Origin: Eledone cirrhosa
Lineage: Eukaryota
Assembly (NCBI GenBank): GCA_964016885.1
Contig: OZ024743.1
Coordinates: 333,188,001-333,252,000 of the forward strand
Reading direction: 5' to 3'
DNA length: 64,000 bases
Shown here: piece after piece, positions 1 to 13,999 of the stretch
Layout of the letters: each line of letters begins with the position of its first letter
Position numbering within the stretch: the first letter of the stretch is position 1
Made by a program: the position numbers and the translations under genes
The notes under the pieces: generated by a model
What the model was told of the DNA's origin: nothing
Seen by the model: only the letters and a program-made list of their open reading frames with translations
Databases searched by the model: none

Positions 1-1099
1 TTAGCTGTCGAGACACTGCATCCTTTAAAACCTCCATGGAACAAACTACCTGCATCAGTTGTTAGCTGTCGAGACACTGCATCCTTTAAAACCTCCATGG
101 AACAAACTACCTACATCAGTAGTTAGCTGTCGAGACACTGCATCCTTTAAAACCTCCATGGAACAAACTGCCTGTATCAGTTGTTAGCTGTCGAGACACT
201 GCATCCTTTAAAACCTCCATGGAACAAACTACCTGCATCAGTTGTTAGCTGTCGAGACACTGCATCCTTTAAAACCTCCATGGAACAAACTACCTGCATC
301 AGTTGTTAGCTGTCGAGACACTGCATCCTTTAAAACCTCCATGGAACAAACTACCTGCATCAGTTGTTAGCTGTCGAGACACTGCATCCTTTAAAACCTG
401 CATGGAACAAACTACCTGCATCAGTTGTTAGCTGTCGAGACACTGCATCCTTTAAAACCTCCATGGATCAAACTACCTGCAACAGTTGCTAGCTATCGAG
501 ACACTGCATCCTTTAAAACCTCCATGGAACAAACTACCTACATCAGTTGTTAGCTGTCGAGACACTGCATCCTTTAAAACCTCCATGGAACAAACTACCT
601 ACATCAGTTGTTAGCTGTCGAGACACTGCTTCCTTTAAAACCTCCATGGAACACACTACCTACATCAGTTGACAGCTGTCGAGACACTGCTTCCTTTAAA
701 ACCTCCATGGAACAAACTACCTGCATCAGTTGTTAGCTGTTGAGACACTGCATCCTTTAAAACCTCCATGGAACAAACTACCTGAATCAGTTGTTAGCTG
801 TCGAGACACTGCATCCTTTAAAACCTCCATGGAACAAACTACCTGCAACAGTTGCTAGCTGTCGAGACACTGCATCCGTTAAAACCTCCATGGAACAAAC
901 TACCTACATCAGTTGTTAGCTGTCGAGACACTGTATCTTTTAAAACCTCCATGGAACAAACTACCTACATCAGTTGTTAGCTGTTGAAACACTGCTTCCT
1001 TTAAAACCTCCATGGAAAAAACTACCTACATCAGTTGTTAGCTGTTGAGACACTGCTTCCTTTAAAACCTCCATGGAACAAACTACCTGCATCAGTTGT

Positions 1100-2170
1100 T
1101 AGCTGTCGAGACACTGCATCCTTTAAAACCTCCATGGAACAAACTACCTGCATCAGTCGTTAGCTGTTGAGACACTGCATCCTTTAAAACCTCCATGGAC
1201 CAAACTACCTGCATCAGTTGTTAGCTGTCGAGACACTGCATCCTTTAAAACCTGCATGGAACAAACTACCTGCATCAGTTGTTAGCTGTCGAGACACTGC
1301 ATCCTTTAAAACCTCCATGGATCAAACTACCTGCAACAGTTGCTAGCTATCGAGACACTGCATCCTTTAAAACCTCCATGGAACAAACTACCTACATCAG
1401 TTGTTAGCTGTCGAGACACTGCATCCTTTAAAACCTCCATGGAACAAACTACCTGCATCAGTTGTTAGCTGTCGAGACACTGCATCCTTTAAAACCTCCA
1501 TGGAACAAACTACCTGCATCAGTTGTTAGCTGTCGAGACACTGCATCCTTTAAAACCTCCATGGATCAAACTACCTGCAACAGTTGCTAGCTGTCGAGAC
1601 ACAGCATCCGTTAAAACCTCCATGGAACAAACTACCTGCATCAGTTGTTAGCTGTCGAGACACTGCATCCTTTAAAACCTCCATGGAACAAACTACCTGC
1701 ATCAGTCGTTAGCTGTTGAGACACTGCATCCTTTAAAACCTCCATGGACCAAACTACCTGCATCAGTTGTTAGCTGTCGAGACACTGCATCCTTTAAAAC
1801 CTGCATGGAACAAACTACCTGCATCAGTTGTTAGCTGTCGAGACACTGCATCCTTTAAAACCTCCATGGATCAAACTACCTGCAACAGTTGCTAGCTATC
1901 GAGACACTGCATCCTTTAAAACCTCCATGGAACAAACTACCTACATCAGTTGTTAGCTGTCGAGACACTGCATCCTTTAAAACCTCCATGGAACAAACTA
2001 CCTGCATCAGTTGTTAGCTGTCGAGACACTGCATCCTTTAAAACCTCCATGGAACAAACTACCTGCATCAGTTGTTAGCTGTCGAGACACTGCATCCTTT
2101 AAAACCTCCATGGATCAAACTACCTGCAACAGTTGCTAGCTGTCGAGACACAGCATCCGTTAAAACCTCC
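1100..2170. repeat. Tandem duplication of a 9-monomer (549 bp) block
   Basis: Rare variant CAGTCGTT at 1158 and 1707, GGACCAAA at about 1200 and 1749, and ACAGCATCCG at 1603 and 2152. All three pairs are 549 bp (9x61) apart. Confidence 0.9.
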
Positions 2171-5100
2171 ATGGAACAAACTACCTACATCAGTTGTTAG
2201 CTGTCGAGACACTGCATCCTTTAAAACCTCCATGGAACAAACTACCTACATCAGTTGTTAGCTGTTGAGACACTGCTTCCTTTAAAACCTCCATGGAACA
2301 AACTACCTACATCAGTTGTTAGCTGTTGAGACACTGCTTCCTTTAAAACCTCCATGGAACAAACTACCTGCATCAGTTGTTAGCTGTCGAGACACTGCAT
2401 CCTTTAAAACCTCCATGGAACAAACTACCTGCATCAGTTGTTAGCTGTCGAGACACTGCATCCTTTAAAACCTCCATGGAACAAACTACCTGCATCAGTT
2501 GTTAGCTGTCGAGACACTGCATCCTTTAAAACCTCCATGGAACAAACTACCTGCATCAGTTGTTAGCTGTCGAGACACTGCATCCTTTTAAACCTCCATG
2601 GAACAAACTACCTGCATCAGTAGTTAGCTGTCGAGACACTGCATCCTTTAAAACCTCCATGGAACAAACTACCTGCATCAGTAGTTAGCTGTCGAGACAC
2701 TGCATCCTTTAAAACCTCCATGGAACAAACTGCCTGATTCAGTTGTTAGCTGTCGAGACACTGCATCCTTTAAAACCTCAATGGAACAACTACCTACATC
2801 AGTTGTTAGCTGTCGAGACACTGCATCCTTTAAAACCTCCATGGAACAAACTACCTGCATCAGTTGTTAGCTGTCGAGACACTGCATCCTTTAAAACCTC
2901 CATGGAACAAACTACCTGCATCAGTTGTTAGCTGTCGAAAAACTGCATCCTTTAAAACCTCCATGGAACAAACTACCTGAATCAGTTGTTAGCTGTCGAG
3001 ACACTGCATCCTTTAAAACCTCCATGGAACAAACTACCTGCATCAGTTGTTAGCTGTCGAGACACTGCATCCTTTAAAACCTCCATGGAACAAACTACCT
3101 ACATCAGTAGTTAGCTGTCGAGACACTGCATCCTTTAAAACCTCCATGGAACAAACTGCCTGTATCAGTTGTTAGCTGTCGAGACACTGCATCCTTTAAA
3201 ACCTCCATGGAACAAACTACCTACATCAGTTGTTAGCTGTCGAGACACTGCATCCTTTAAAACCTCCATGGAACAAACTACCTGCATCAGTTGTTAGCTG
3301 TCGAGACACTGCATCCTTTAAAACCTCCATGGAACAAACTACCTGCATCAGTTGTTAGCTGTCGAGACACTGCATCCTTTAAAACCTCCATGGAACAAAC
3401 TACCTGCATCAGTTGTTAGCTGTCGAGACACTGCATCCTTTAAAACCTCCATGGAACAAACTACCTGCATCAGTTGTTAGCTGTCGAGACACTGCATCCT
3501 TTGAAACCTCCATGGAACAAACTACCTGCATCAGTTGTTAGCTGTCGAAACACTGCATCCTTTCAAACCTCCATGGTACAAACTACCTGAATCAGTTGTT
3601 AGCTGTCGAGACACTGCATCCTTTAAAACCTCCATGGAACAAACTACCTGCATCAGTTGTTAGCTGTCGAGACACTGCATCCTTTAAAACCTCCATGGAA
3701 CAAACTACCTGCATCAGTAGTTAGCTGTCGAGACACTGCATCCTTTAAAACCTCCATGTAACAAACTGCCTGATTCAGTTGTTAGCTGTCGAGACACTGC
3801 ATCCTTTAAAACCTCCATGGAACAAACTACCTACATCAGTTGTTAGCTGTCGAGACACTGCATCCTTTAAAACCTCCATGGAACAAACTACCTGCATCAG
3901 TTGTTAGCTGTCGAGACACTGCATCCTTTAAAACCTCCATGGAACAAACTACCTGCATCAGTTGTTAGCTGTCGAGACACTGCATCCTTTAAAACCTCCA
4001 TGGAACAAACTACCTGCATCAGTTGTTAGCTGTCGAGACACTGCATCCTTTAAAACCTCCATGGAACAAACTACCTGCATCAGTTGTTAGCTGTCGAAAC
4101 ACTGCATCCTTTAAAACCTCCATGGAACAAACTACCTGAATCAGTTGTTAGCTGTCGAGACACTGCATCCTTTAAAACCTCCATGGAACAAACTACCTGC
4201 ATCAGTTGTTAGCTGTCGAGACACTGCATCCTTTAAAACCTCCATGGAACAAACTACCTACATCAGTAGTTAGCTGTCGAGACACTGCATCCTTTAAAAC
4301 CTCCATGGAACAAACTGCCTTTATCAGTTGTTAGCTGTCGAGACACTGCATCCTTTAAAACCTCCATGGAACAAACTACCTACATCAGTTGTTAGCTGTC
4401 GAGACACTGCATCCTTTAAAACCTCCATGGAACAAACTACCTGCATCAGTTGTTAGCTGTCGAGACACTGCATCCTTTAAAACCTCCATGGAACAAACTA
4501 CCTGCATCAGTTGTTAGCTGTCGAGACACTGCATCCTTTAAAACCTCCATGGAACAAACTACCTGCATCAGTTGTTAGCTGTCGAGACACTGCATCCTTT
4601 AAAACCTCCATGGATCAAACTACCTGCAACAGTTGCTAGCTATCGAGACACTGCATCCTTTAAAACCTCCATGGAACAAACTACCTACATCAGTTGTTAG
4701 CTGTCGAGACACTGCATCCTTTAAAACCTCCATGGAACAAACTACCTGCATCAGTTGTTAGCTGTCGAGATACTGCATCCTTTAAAACCTCCATGGAACA
4801 AACTACCTGCATCAGTTGTTAGCTGTCGAGACACTGCATCCTTTAAAACCTCCATGGATCAAACTACCTGCAACAGTTGCTAGCTATCGAGACACTGCAT
4901 CCTTTAAAACCTCCATGGAACAAACTACCTACATCAGTTGTTAGCTGTCGAGACACTGCATCCTTTAAAACCTCCATGGAACAAACTACCTACATCAGTT
5001 GTTAGCTGTCGAGACACTGCTTCCTTTAAAACCTCCATGGAACAAACTACCTGCATCAGTTGTTAGCTGTCGAGACACTGCATCCTTTAAAACCTCCATG

Positions 5101-7149
5101 GAACAAACTACCTGCATCAGTTGTTAGCTGTCGAGACACTGCATCCTTTAAAACCTCCATGGAACAAACTACCTGCATCAGTTGTTAGCTGTCGAGACAC
5201 TGCATCCTTTAAAACCTCCATGGAACAAACTACCTGCATCAGTTGTTAGCTGTCGAGACACTGCATCCTTTGAAACCTCCATGGAACAAACTACCTGCAT
5301 CAGTTGTTAGATGTCGAAACACTGCATCCTTTCAAACCTCCATGGTACAAACTACCTGAATCAGTTGTTAGCTGTCGAGACACTGCATCCTTTAAAACCT
5401 CCATAGAACAAACTACCTGCATCAGTTGTTAGCTGTCGAGACACTGCATCCTTTAAAACCTCCATGGAACAAACTACCTACATCAGTAGTTAGCTGTCGA
5501 GACACTGCATCCTTTAAAACCTCCATGGAACAAACTGCCTGTATCAGTTGTTAGCTGTCGAGACACTGCATCCTTTAAAACCTCCATGGAACAAACTACC
5601 TACATCAGTTGTTAGCTGTCGAGACACTGCATCCTTTAAAACCTCCATGGAACAAACTACCTGCATCAGTTGTTAGCTGTCGAGACACTGCATCCTTTAA
5701 AACCTCCATGGAACAAACTACCTGCATCAGTTGTTAGCTGTCGAGACACTGCATCCTTTAAAACCTCCATGGAACAAACTACCTGCATCAGTTGTTAGCT
5801 GTCGAGACACTGCATCCTTTAAAACCTCCATGGATCAAACTACCTGCAACAGTTGCTAGCTATCGAGACACTGCATCCTTTAAAACCTCCATGGAACAAA
5901 CTACCTGAATCAGTTGTTAGCTGTCGAGACACTGCATCCTTTAAAACCTCCATGGAACAAACTACCTACATCAGTTGTTAGCTGTCGAGACACTGCATCC
6001 TTTAAAACCTCCATGGAACAAACTACCTACATCAGTTGTTAGCTGTCGAGACACTGCTTCCTTTAAAACCTCCATGGAACAAACTACCTGCATCAGTTGT
6101 TAGCTGTCGAGACACTGCATCCTTTAAAACCTCCATGGAACAAACTACCTGAATCAGTTGTTAGCTGTCGAGACACTGCATCCTTTAAAACCTCCATGGA
6201 ACAAACTACCTGCATCAGTTGTTAGCTGTCGAGACACTGCATCCTTTAAAACCTCCATGGAACAAACTACCTGCATCAGTTGTTAGCTGTCGAGACACTG
6301 CATCCTTTAAAACCTCCATGGAACAAACTACCTGCATCAGTTGTTAGCTGTCGAGACACTGCATCCTTTAAAACCTCCATGGATCAAACTACCTGCAACA
6401 GTTGCTAGCTGTCGAGACACTGCATCCGTTAAAACCTGCATGGAACAATCTACCTACATCAGTTGTTAGCTGTCGAGACACTGCATCCTTTAAAACCTCC
6501 ATGGAACAAACTACCTACATCAGTGGTTAGCTGTTGAAACACTGCTTCCTTTAAAACCTCCATGGAACAAACTACCTACATCAGTTGTTAGCTGTTGAGA
6601 CACTGCTTTCTTTAAAACCTCCATGGAACAAACTACCTGCATCAGTTGTTAGCTGTCGAGACACTGCATCCTTTAAAACCTCCATGGAACAAACTACCTG
6701 CATCAGTTGTTAGCTGTCGAGACACTGCATCCTTTAAAACCTCCATGGAACAAACTACCTGCATCAGTTGTTAGCTGTCGAGACACTGCATCCTTTTAAA
6801 CCTCCATGGAACAAACTACCTGCATCAGTAGTTAGCTGTCGAGACACTGCATCCTTTAAAACCTCCATGGAACAAACTACCTGCATCAGTAGTTAGCTGT
6901 CGAGACACTGCATCCTTTAAAACGTCCATGTAACAAACTGCCTGATTCAGTTGTTAGCTGTCGAGACACTGCATCCTTTAAAACCTCCATGGAACAAACT
7001 ACCTGAATCAGTTGTTAGCTGTCGAGACACTGCATCCTTTAAAACCTCCATGGAACAAACTACCTGCATCAGTTGTTAGCTGTCGAGACACTGCATCCTT
7101 TAAAACCTCCATGGAACAAACTACCTGCATCAGTTGTTAGCTGTCGAGA

Positions 7150-10100
7150 CACTGCATCCTTTAAAACCTCCATGGAACAAACTTCCTGCATCAGTTGTTA
7201 GCTGTTGAGACACTGCTTCCTTTAAAACCTCCATGGAACAAACTACCTGCATCAGTTGTTAGCTGTCGAGACACTGCATCCTTTAAAACCTCCATGGAAC
7301 AAACTACCTGCATCAGTTGTTAGCTGTCGAGACACTGCATCCTTTAAAACCTCCATGGAACAAACTACCTGCATCAGTTGTTAGCTGTCGAGACACTGCA
7401 TCCTTTAAAACCTCCATGGAACAAACTACCTGCATCAGTTGTTAGCTGTCGAGACACTGCATCCTTTAAAACCTCCATGGATCAAACTACCTGCAACAGT
7501 TGCTAGCTATCGAGACACTGCATCCTTTAAAACCTCCATGGAACAAACTACCTACATCAGTTGTTAGCTGTCGAGACACTGCATCCTTTAAAACCTCCAT
7601 GGAACAAACTACCTACATCAGTTGTTAGCTGTCGAGACACTGCATCCTTTAAAACCTCCATGGAACAAAAACTACCTACATCAGTTGTTAGCTGTCGAGA
7701 CACTGCTTCCTTTAAAACCTCCATGGAACAAACTACCTGCATCAGTTGTTAGCTGTCGAGACACTGCATCCTTTAAAACCTCCATGGAACAAACTACCTA
7801 CATCAGTTGTTAGCTGTCGAGACACTGCATCCTTTAAAACCTCCATGGAACAAACTACCTGCATCAGTTGTTAGCTGTCGAGACACTGCATCCTTTAAAA
7901 CCTCCATGGAACAAACTACCTGCATCAGTTGTTAGCTGTCGAGACACTGCATCCTTTAAAACCTCCATGGAACAAACTTCCTGCATCAGTTGTTAGCTGT
8001 TGAGACACTGCTTCCTTTAAAACCTCCATGGAACAAACTACCTGCATCAGTTGTTAGCTGTCGAGACACTGCATCCTTTAAAACCTCCATGGAACAAACT
8101 ACCTGCATCAGTTGTTAGCTGTCGAGACACTGCATCCTTTAAAACCTCCATGGAACAAACTACCTGCATCAGTTGTTAGCTGTCGAGACGCTGCATCCTT
8201 TAAAACCTCCATGGATCAAACTACCTGCAACAGTTGCTAGCTGTCGAGACACTGCATCCTTTAAAACCTCCATGGAACAAACTACCTACATCAGTTGTTA
8301 GCTGTCGAGACACTGCATCCTTTAAAACCTCCATGGAAAAAACTACCTACATCAGTTGTTAGCTGTTGAGACACTGCTTCCTTTAAAACCTCCATGGAAC
8401 AAACTACCTACATCAGTTGTTAGCTGTTGAGACACTGCTTCCTTTAAAACCTCCATGGAACAAACTACCTGCATCAGTTGTTAGCTGTCGAGACACTGCA
8501 TCCTTTAAAACCTCCATGGAACAAACTACCTGCATCAGTTGTTAGCTGTCGAGACACTGCATCCTTTAAAACCTCCATGGAACAAACTACCTGCATCAGT
8601 TGTTAGCTGTCGAGACACTGCATCCGTTAAAACCTCCATGGAACAAACTACCTGCATCAGTTGTTAGCTGTCGAGACACTGCATCCTTTTAAACCTCCAT
8701 GGAACAAACTACCTGCATCAGTAGTTAGGTGTCGAGACACTGCATCCTTTAAAACCTCCATGGAACAAACTACCTGCATCAGTAGTTAGCTGTCGAGACA
8801 CTGCATCCTTTAAAATCTCCATGGAACAAACTGCCTGATTCAGTTGTTAGCTGTCGAGACACTGCATCCTTTAAAACCTCCATGGAACAAACTACCTACA
8901 TCAGTTGTTAGCTGTCGAGACACTGCATCCTTTAAAACCTCCATGGAACAAACTACCTGCATCAGTTGTTAGCTGTCGAGACACTGCATCCTTTAAAACC
9001 TCCATGGAACAAACTACCTGCATCAGTTGTTAGCTGTCGAGACACTGCATCCTTTAAAACCTCCATGGATCAAACTACCTGCAACAGTTGCTAGCTATCG
9101 AGACACTGCATCCTTTAAAACCTCCATGGAACAAACTACCTACATCAGTTGTTAGCTGTCGAGACACTGCATCCTTTAAAACCTCCATGGAACAAACTAC
9201 CTACATCAGTTGTTAGCTGTCGAGACACTGCATCCTTTAAAACCTCCATGGAACAAACTACCTGCATCAGTTGTTAGCTGTCGAGACACTGCATCCTTTA
9301 AAACCTCCATGGAACAAACTACCTGAATCAGTTGTTAGCTGTCGAGACACTGCATCCTTTAAAACCTCCATGGAACAAACTACCTGCATCAGTTGTTAGC
9401 TGTCGAGACACTGCATCCTTTAAAACCTCCATGGAACAAACTACCTGCATCAGTTGTTAGCTGTCGAGACACTGCATCCTTTAAAACCTCCATGGAACAA
9501 ACTACCTGCATCAGTTGTTAGCTGACGAGACACTGCATCCTTTAAAACCTCCATGGATCAAACTACCTGCAACAGTTGCTAGCTGTCGAGACACTGCATC
9601 CGTTAAAACCTGCATGGAACAAACTAACTACATCAGTTGTTAGCTGTCGAGACACTGCATCCTTTAAAACCTCCATGGAACAAACTACCTACATCAGTTG
9701 TTAGCTGTTGAAACACTGCTTCCTTTAAAACCTCCATGGAACAAACTACCTACATCAGTTGTTAGCTGTTGAGACACTGCTTTCTTTAAAACCTCCATGG
9801 AACAAACTACCTGCATCAGTTGTTAGCTGTCGAGACACTGCATCCTTTAAAACCTCCATGGAACAAACTACCTGCATCAGTTGTTAGCTGTCGAGACACT
9901 GCATCCTTTAAAACCTCCATGGAACAAACTACCTGCATCAGTTGTTAGCTGTCGAGACACTGCATCCTTTAAAACCTCCATGGAACAAACTTCCTGCATC
10001 AGTTGTTAGCTGTCGAGACACTGCTTCCTTTAAAACCTCCATGGAACAAACTACCTGCATCAGTTGTTAGCTGTCGAGACACTGCATCCTTTAAAACCTC

Positions 10101-11650
10101 CATGGAACAAACTACCTGCATCAGTTGTTAGCTGTCGAGACACTGCATCCTTTAAAACCTCCATGGAACAAACTACCTGCATCAGTTGTTAGCTGTCGAG
10201 ACACTGCATCCTTTAAAACCTCCATGGAACAAACTACCTGCATCAGTTGTTAGCTGTCGAGACACTGCATCCTTTAAAACCTCCATGGATCAAACTACCT
10301 GCAACAGTTGCTAGCTATCGAGACACTGCATCCTTTAAAACCTCCATGGAACAAACTACCTACATCAGTTGTTAGCTGTCGAGACACTGCATCCTTTAAA
10401 ACCTCCATGGAACAAACTACCTACATCAGTTGTTAGCTGTCGAGACACTGCATCCTTTAAAACCTCCATGGAACAAAAACTACCTACATCAGTTGTTAGC
10501 TGTCGAGACACTGCTTCCTTTAAAACCTCCATGGAACAAACTACCTGCATCAGTTGTTAGCTGTCGAGACACTGCATCCTTTAAAACCTCCATGGAACAA
10601 ACTACCTGAATCAGTTGTTAGCTGTCGAGACACTGCATCCTTTAAAACCTCCATGGAACAAACTACCTGCATCAGTTGTTAGCTGTCGAGACACTGCATC
10701 CTTTAAAACCTCCATGGAACAAACTACCTGCATCAGTTGTTAGCTGTCGAGACACTGCATCTTTTAAAACCTCCATGGAACAAACTTCCTGCATCAGTTG
10801 TTAGCTGTTGAGACACTGCTTCCTTTAAAACCTCCATGGAACAAACTACCTGCATCAGTTGTTAGCTGTCGAGACACTGCATCCTTTAAAACCTCCATGG
10901 AACAAACTACCTGCATCAGTTGTTAGCTGTCGAGACACTGCATCCTTTAAAACCTCCATGGAACAAACTACCTGCATCAGTTGTTAGCTGTCGAGACACT
11001 GCATCCTTTAAAACCTCCATGGATCAAACTACCTGCAACAGTTGCTAGCTGTCGAGACACTGCATCCTTTAAAACCTCCATGGAACAAACTACCTACATC
11101 AGTTGTTAGCTGTCGAGACACTGCATCCTTTAAAACCTCCATGGAAAAAACTACCTACATCAGTTGCTAGCTGTTGAGACACTGCTTCCTTTAAAACCTC
11201 CATGGAACAAACTACCTACATCAGTTGTTAGCTGTTGAGACACTGCTTCCTTTAAAACCTCCATGGAACAAACTACCTGCATCAGTTGTTAGCTGTCGAG
11301 ACACTGCATCCTTTAAAACCTCCATGGAACAAACTACCTGCATCAGTTGTTAGCTGTCGAGACACTGCATCCTTTAAAACCTCCATGGAACAAACTACCT
11401 GCATCAGTTGTTAGCTGTCGAGACACTGCATCCTTTAAAACATCCATGGAACAAACTACCTGCATCAGTTGTTAGCTGTCGAGACACTGCATCCTTTTAA
11501 ACCTCCATGGAACAAACTACCTGCATCAGTAGTTAGCTGTCGAGACACTGCATCCTTTAAAACCTCCATGGAACAAACTACCTGCATCAGTAGTTAGCTG
11601 TCGAGACACTGCATCCTTTAAAACCTCCATGGAACAAACTGCCTGATTCA
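7150..11650. repeat. 46-monomer-spaced duplicated block marked by a +2 A insertion
   Basis: AACAAAAACTACC occurs at about 7669 and 10477, 2808 bp apart (46x61+2). The flanking variant order matches (ACTTCC, GATC/TATCG, GGAAAAAACT). Boundaries are approximate. Confidence 0.75.
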
Positions 11651-13999
11651 GTTGTTAGCTGTCGAGACACTGCATCCTTTAAAACCTCAATGGAACAACT
11701 ACCTACATCAGTTGTTAGCTGTCGAGACACTGCATCCTTTAAAACCTCCATGGAACAAACTACCTGCATCAGTTGTTAGCTGTCGAGACACTGCATCCTT
11801 TAAAACCTCCATGGAACAAACTACCTGCATCAGTTGTTAGCTGTCGAAACACTGCATCCTTTAAAACCTCCATGGAACAAACTACCTGAATCAGTTGTTA
11901 GCTGTCGAGACACTGCATCCTTTAAAACCTCCATGGAACAAACTACCTGCATCAGTTGATAGCTGTCGAGACACTGCATCCTTTAAAACCTCCATGGAAC
12001 AAACTACCTACATCAGTAGTTAGCTGTCGAGACACTGCATCCTTTAAAACCTCCATGGAACAAACTGCCTGTATCAGTTGTTAGCTGTCGAGACACTGCA
12101 TCCTTTAAAACCTCCATGGAACAAACTACCTACATCAGTTGTTAGCTGTCGAGACACTGCATCCTTTAAAACCTCCATGGAACAAACTACCTGCATCAGT
12201 TGTTAGCTGTCGAGACACTGCATCCTTTAAAACCTCCATGGAACAAACTACCTGCATCAGTTGTTAGCTGTCGAGACACTGCATCCTTTGAAACCTCCAT
12301 GGAACAAACTACCTGCATCAGTTGTTAGCTGTCGAAACACTGCATCCTTTCAAACCTCCATGGTACAAACTACCTGAATCAGTTGTTAGCTGTCGAGACA
12401 CTGCATCCTTTAAAACCTCCATGGAACAAACTACCTGCATCAGTTGTTAGCTGTCGAGACACTGCATCCTTTAAAACCTCCATGGAACAAACTACCTACA
12501 TCAGTAGTTAGCTGTCGAGACACTGCATCCTTTAAAACCTCCATGGAACAAACTGCCTGTATCAGTTGTTAGCTGTCGAGACACTGCATCCTTTAAAACC
12601 TCCATGGAACAAACTACCTACATCTGTTGTTAGCTGTCGAGACACTGCATCCTTTAAAACCTCCATGGAACAAACTACCTGCATCAGTTGTTAGCTGTCG
12701 AGACACTGCATCCTTTAAAACCTCCATGGAACAAACTACCTGCATCAGTTGTTAGCTGTCGAGACACTGCATCCTTTAAAACCTCCATGGAACAAACTAC
12801 CTGCATCAGTTGTTAGCTGTCGAGACACTGCATCCTTTAAAACCTCCATGGATCAAACTACCTGCAACAGTTGCTAGCTATCGAGACACTGCATCCTTTA
12901 AAACCTCCATGGAACAAACTACCTACATCAGTTGTTAGCTGTCGAGACACTGCATCCTTTAAAACCTCCATGGAACAAACTACCTACATCAGTTGTTAGC
13001 TGTCGAGACACTGCATCCTTTAAAACCTCCATGGAACAAACTACCTACATCAGTTGTTAGCTGTCGAGACACTGCTTCCTTTAAAACCTCCATGGAACAA
13101 ACTACCTGCATCAGTTGTTAGCTGTCGAGACACTGCATCCTTTAAAACCTCCATGGAACAAACTACCTGAATCAGTTGTTAGCTGTCGAGACACTGCATC
13201 CTTTAAAACCTCCATGGAACAAACTACCTGCATCAGTTGTTAGCTGTCGAGACACTGCATCCTTTAAAACCTCCATGGAACAAACTACCTGCATCAGTTG
13301 TTAGCTGTCGAGACACTGCATCCTTTAAAACCTCCATGGAACAAACTACCTGCATCAGTTGTTAGCTGTCGAGACACTGCATCCTTTAAAACCTCCATGG
13401 ATCAAACTACCTGCAACAGTTGCTAGCTGTCGAGACACTGCATCCGTTAAAACCTCCATGGAACAAACTACCTACATCAGTTGTTAGCTGTCGAGACACT
13501 GCATCCTTTAAAACCTCCATGGAACAAACTACCTACATCAGTTGTTAGCTGTTGAAACACTGCTTCCTTTAAAACCTCCATGGAACAAACTACCTACATC
13601 AGTTCTTAGCTGTTGAGACACTGCTTCCTTTAAAACCTCCATGGAACAAACTACCTGCATCAGTTGTTAGCTGTCGAGACACTGCATCCTTTAAAACCTC
13701 CATGGAACAAACTACCTGCATCAGTTGTTAGCTGTCGAGACACTGCATCCTTTAAAACCTCCATGGAACAAACTACCTGCATCAGTAGTTAGCTGTCGAG
13801 ACACTGCATCCTTTAAAACCTCCATGTAACAAACTGCCTGATTCAGTTGTTAGCTGTCGAGACACTGCATCCTTTAAAACCTCCATGGAACAAACTACCT
13901 ACATCAGTTGTTAGCTGTCGAGACACTGCATCCTTTAAAACCTCCATGGAACAAACTACCTGCATCAGTTGTTAGCTGTCGAGACACTGCATCCTTTAA

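Noticed and set aside
10-15. GAGACA (TGTCTC on the minus strand) resembles the plant auxin response element
   Set aside because: A 6-bp match is expected by chance, the organism is unknown, and no gene is nearby.
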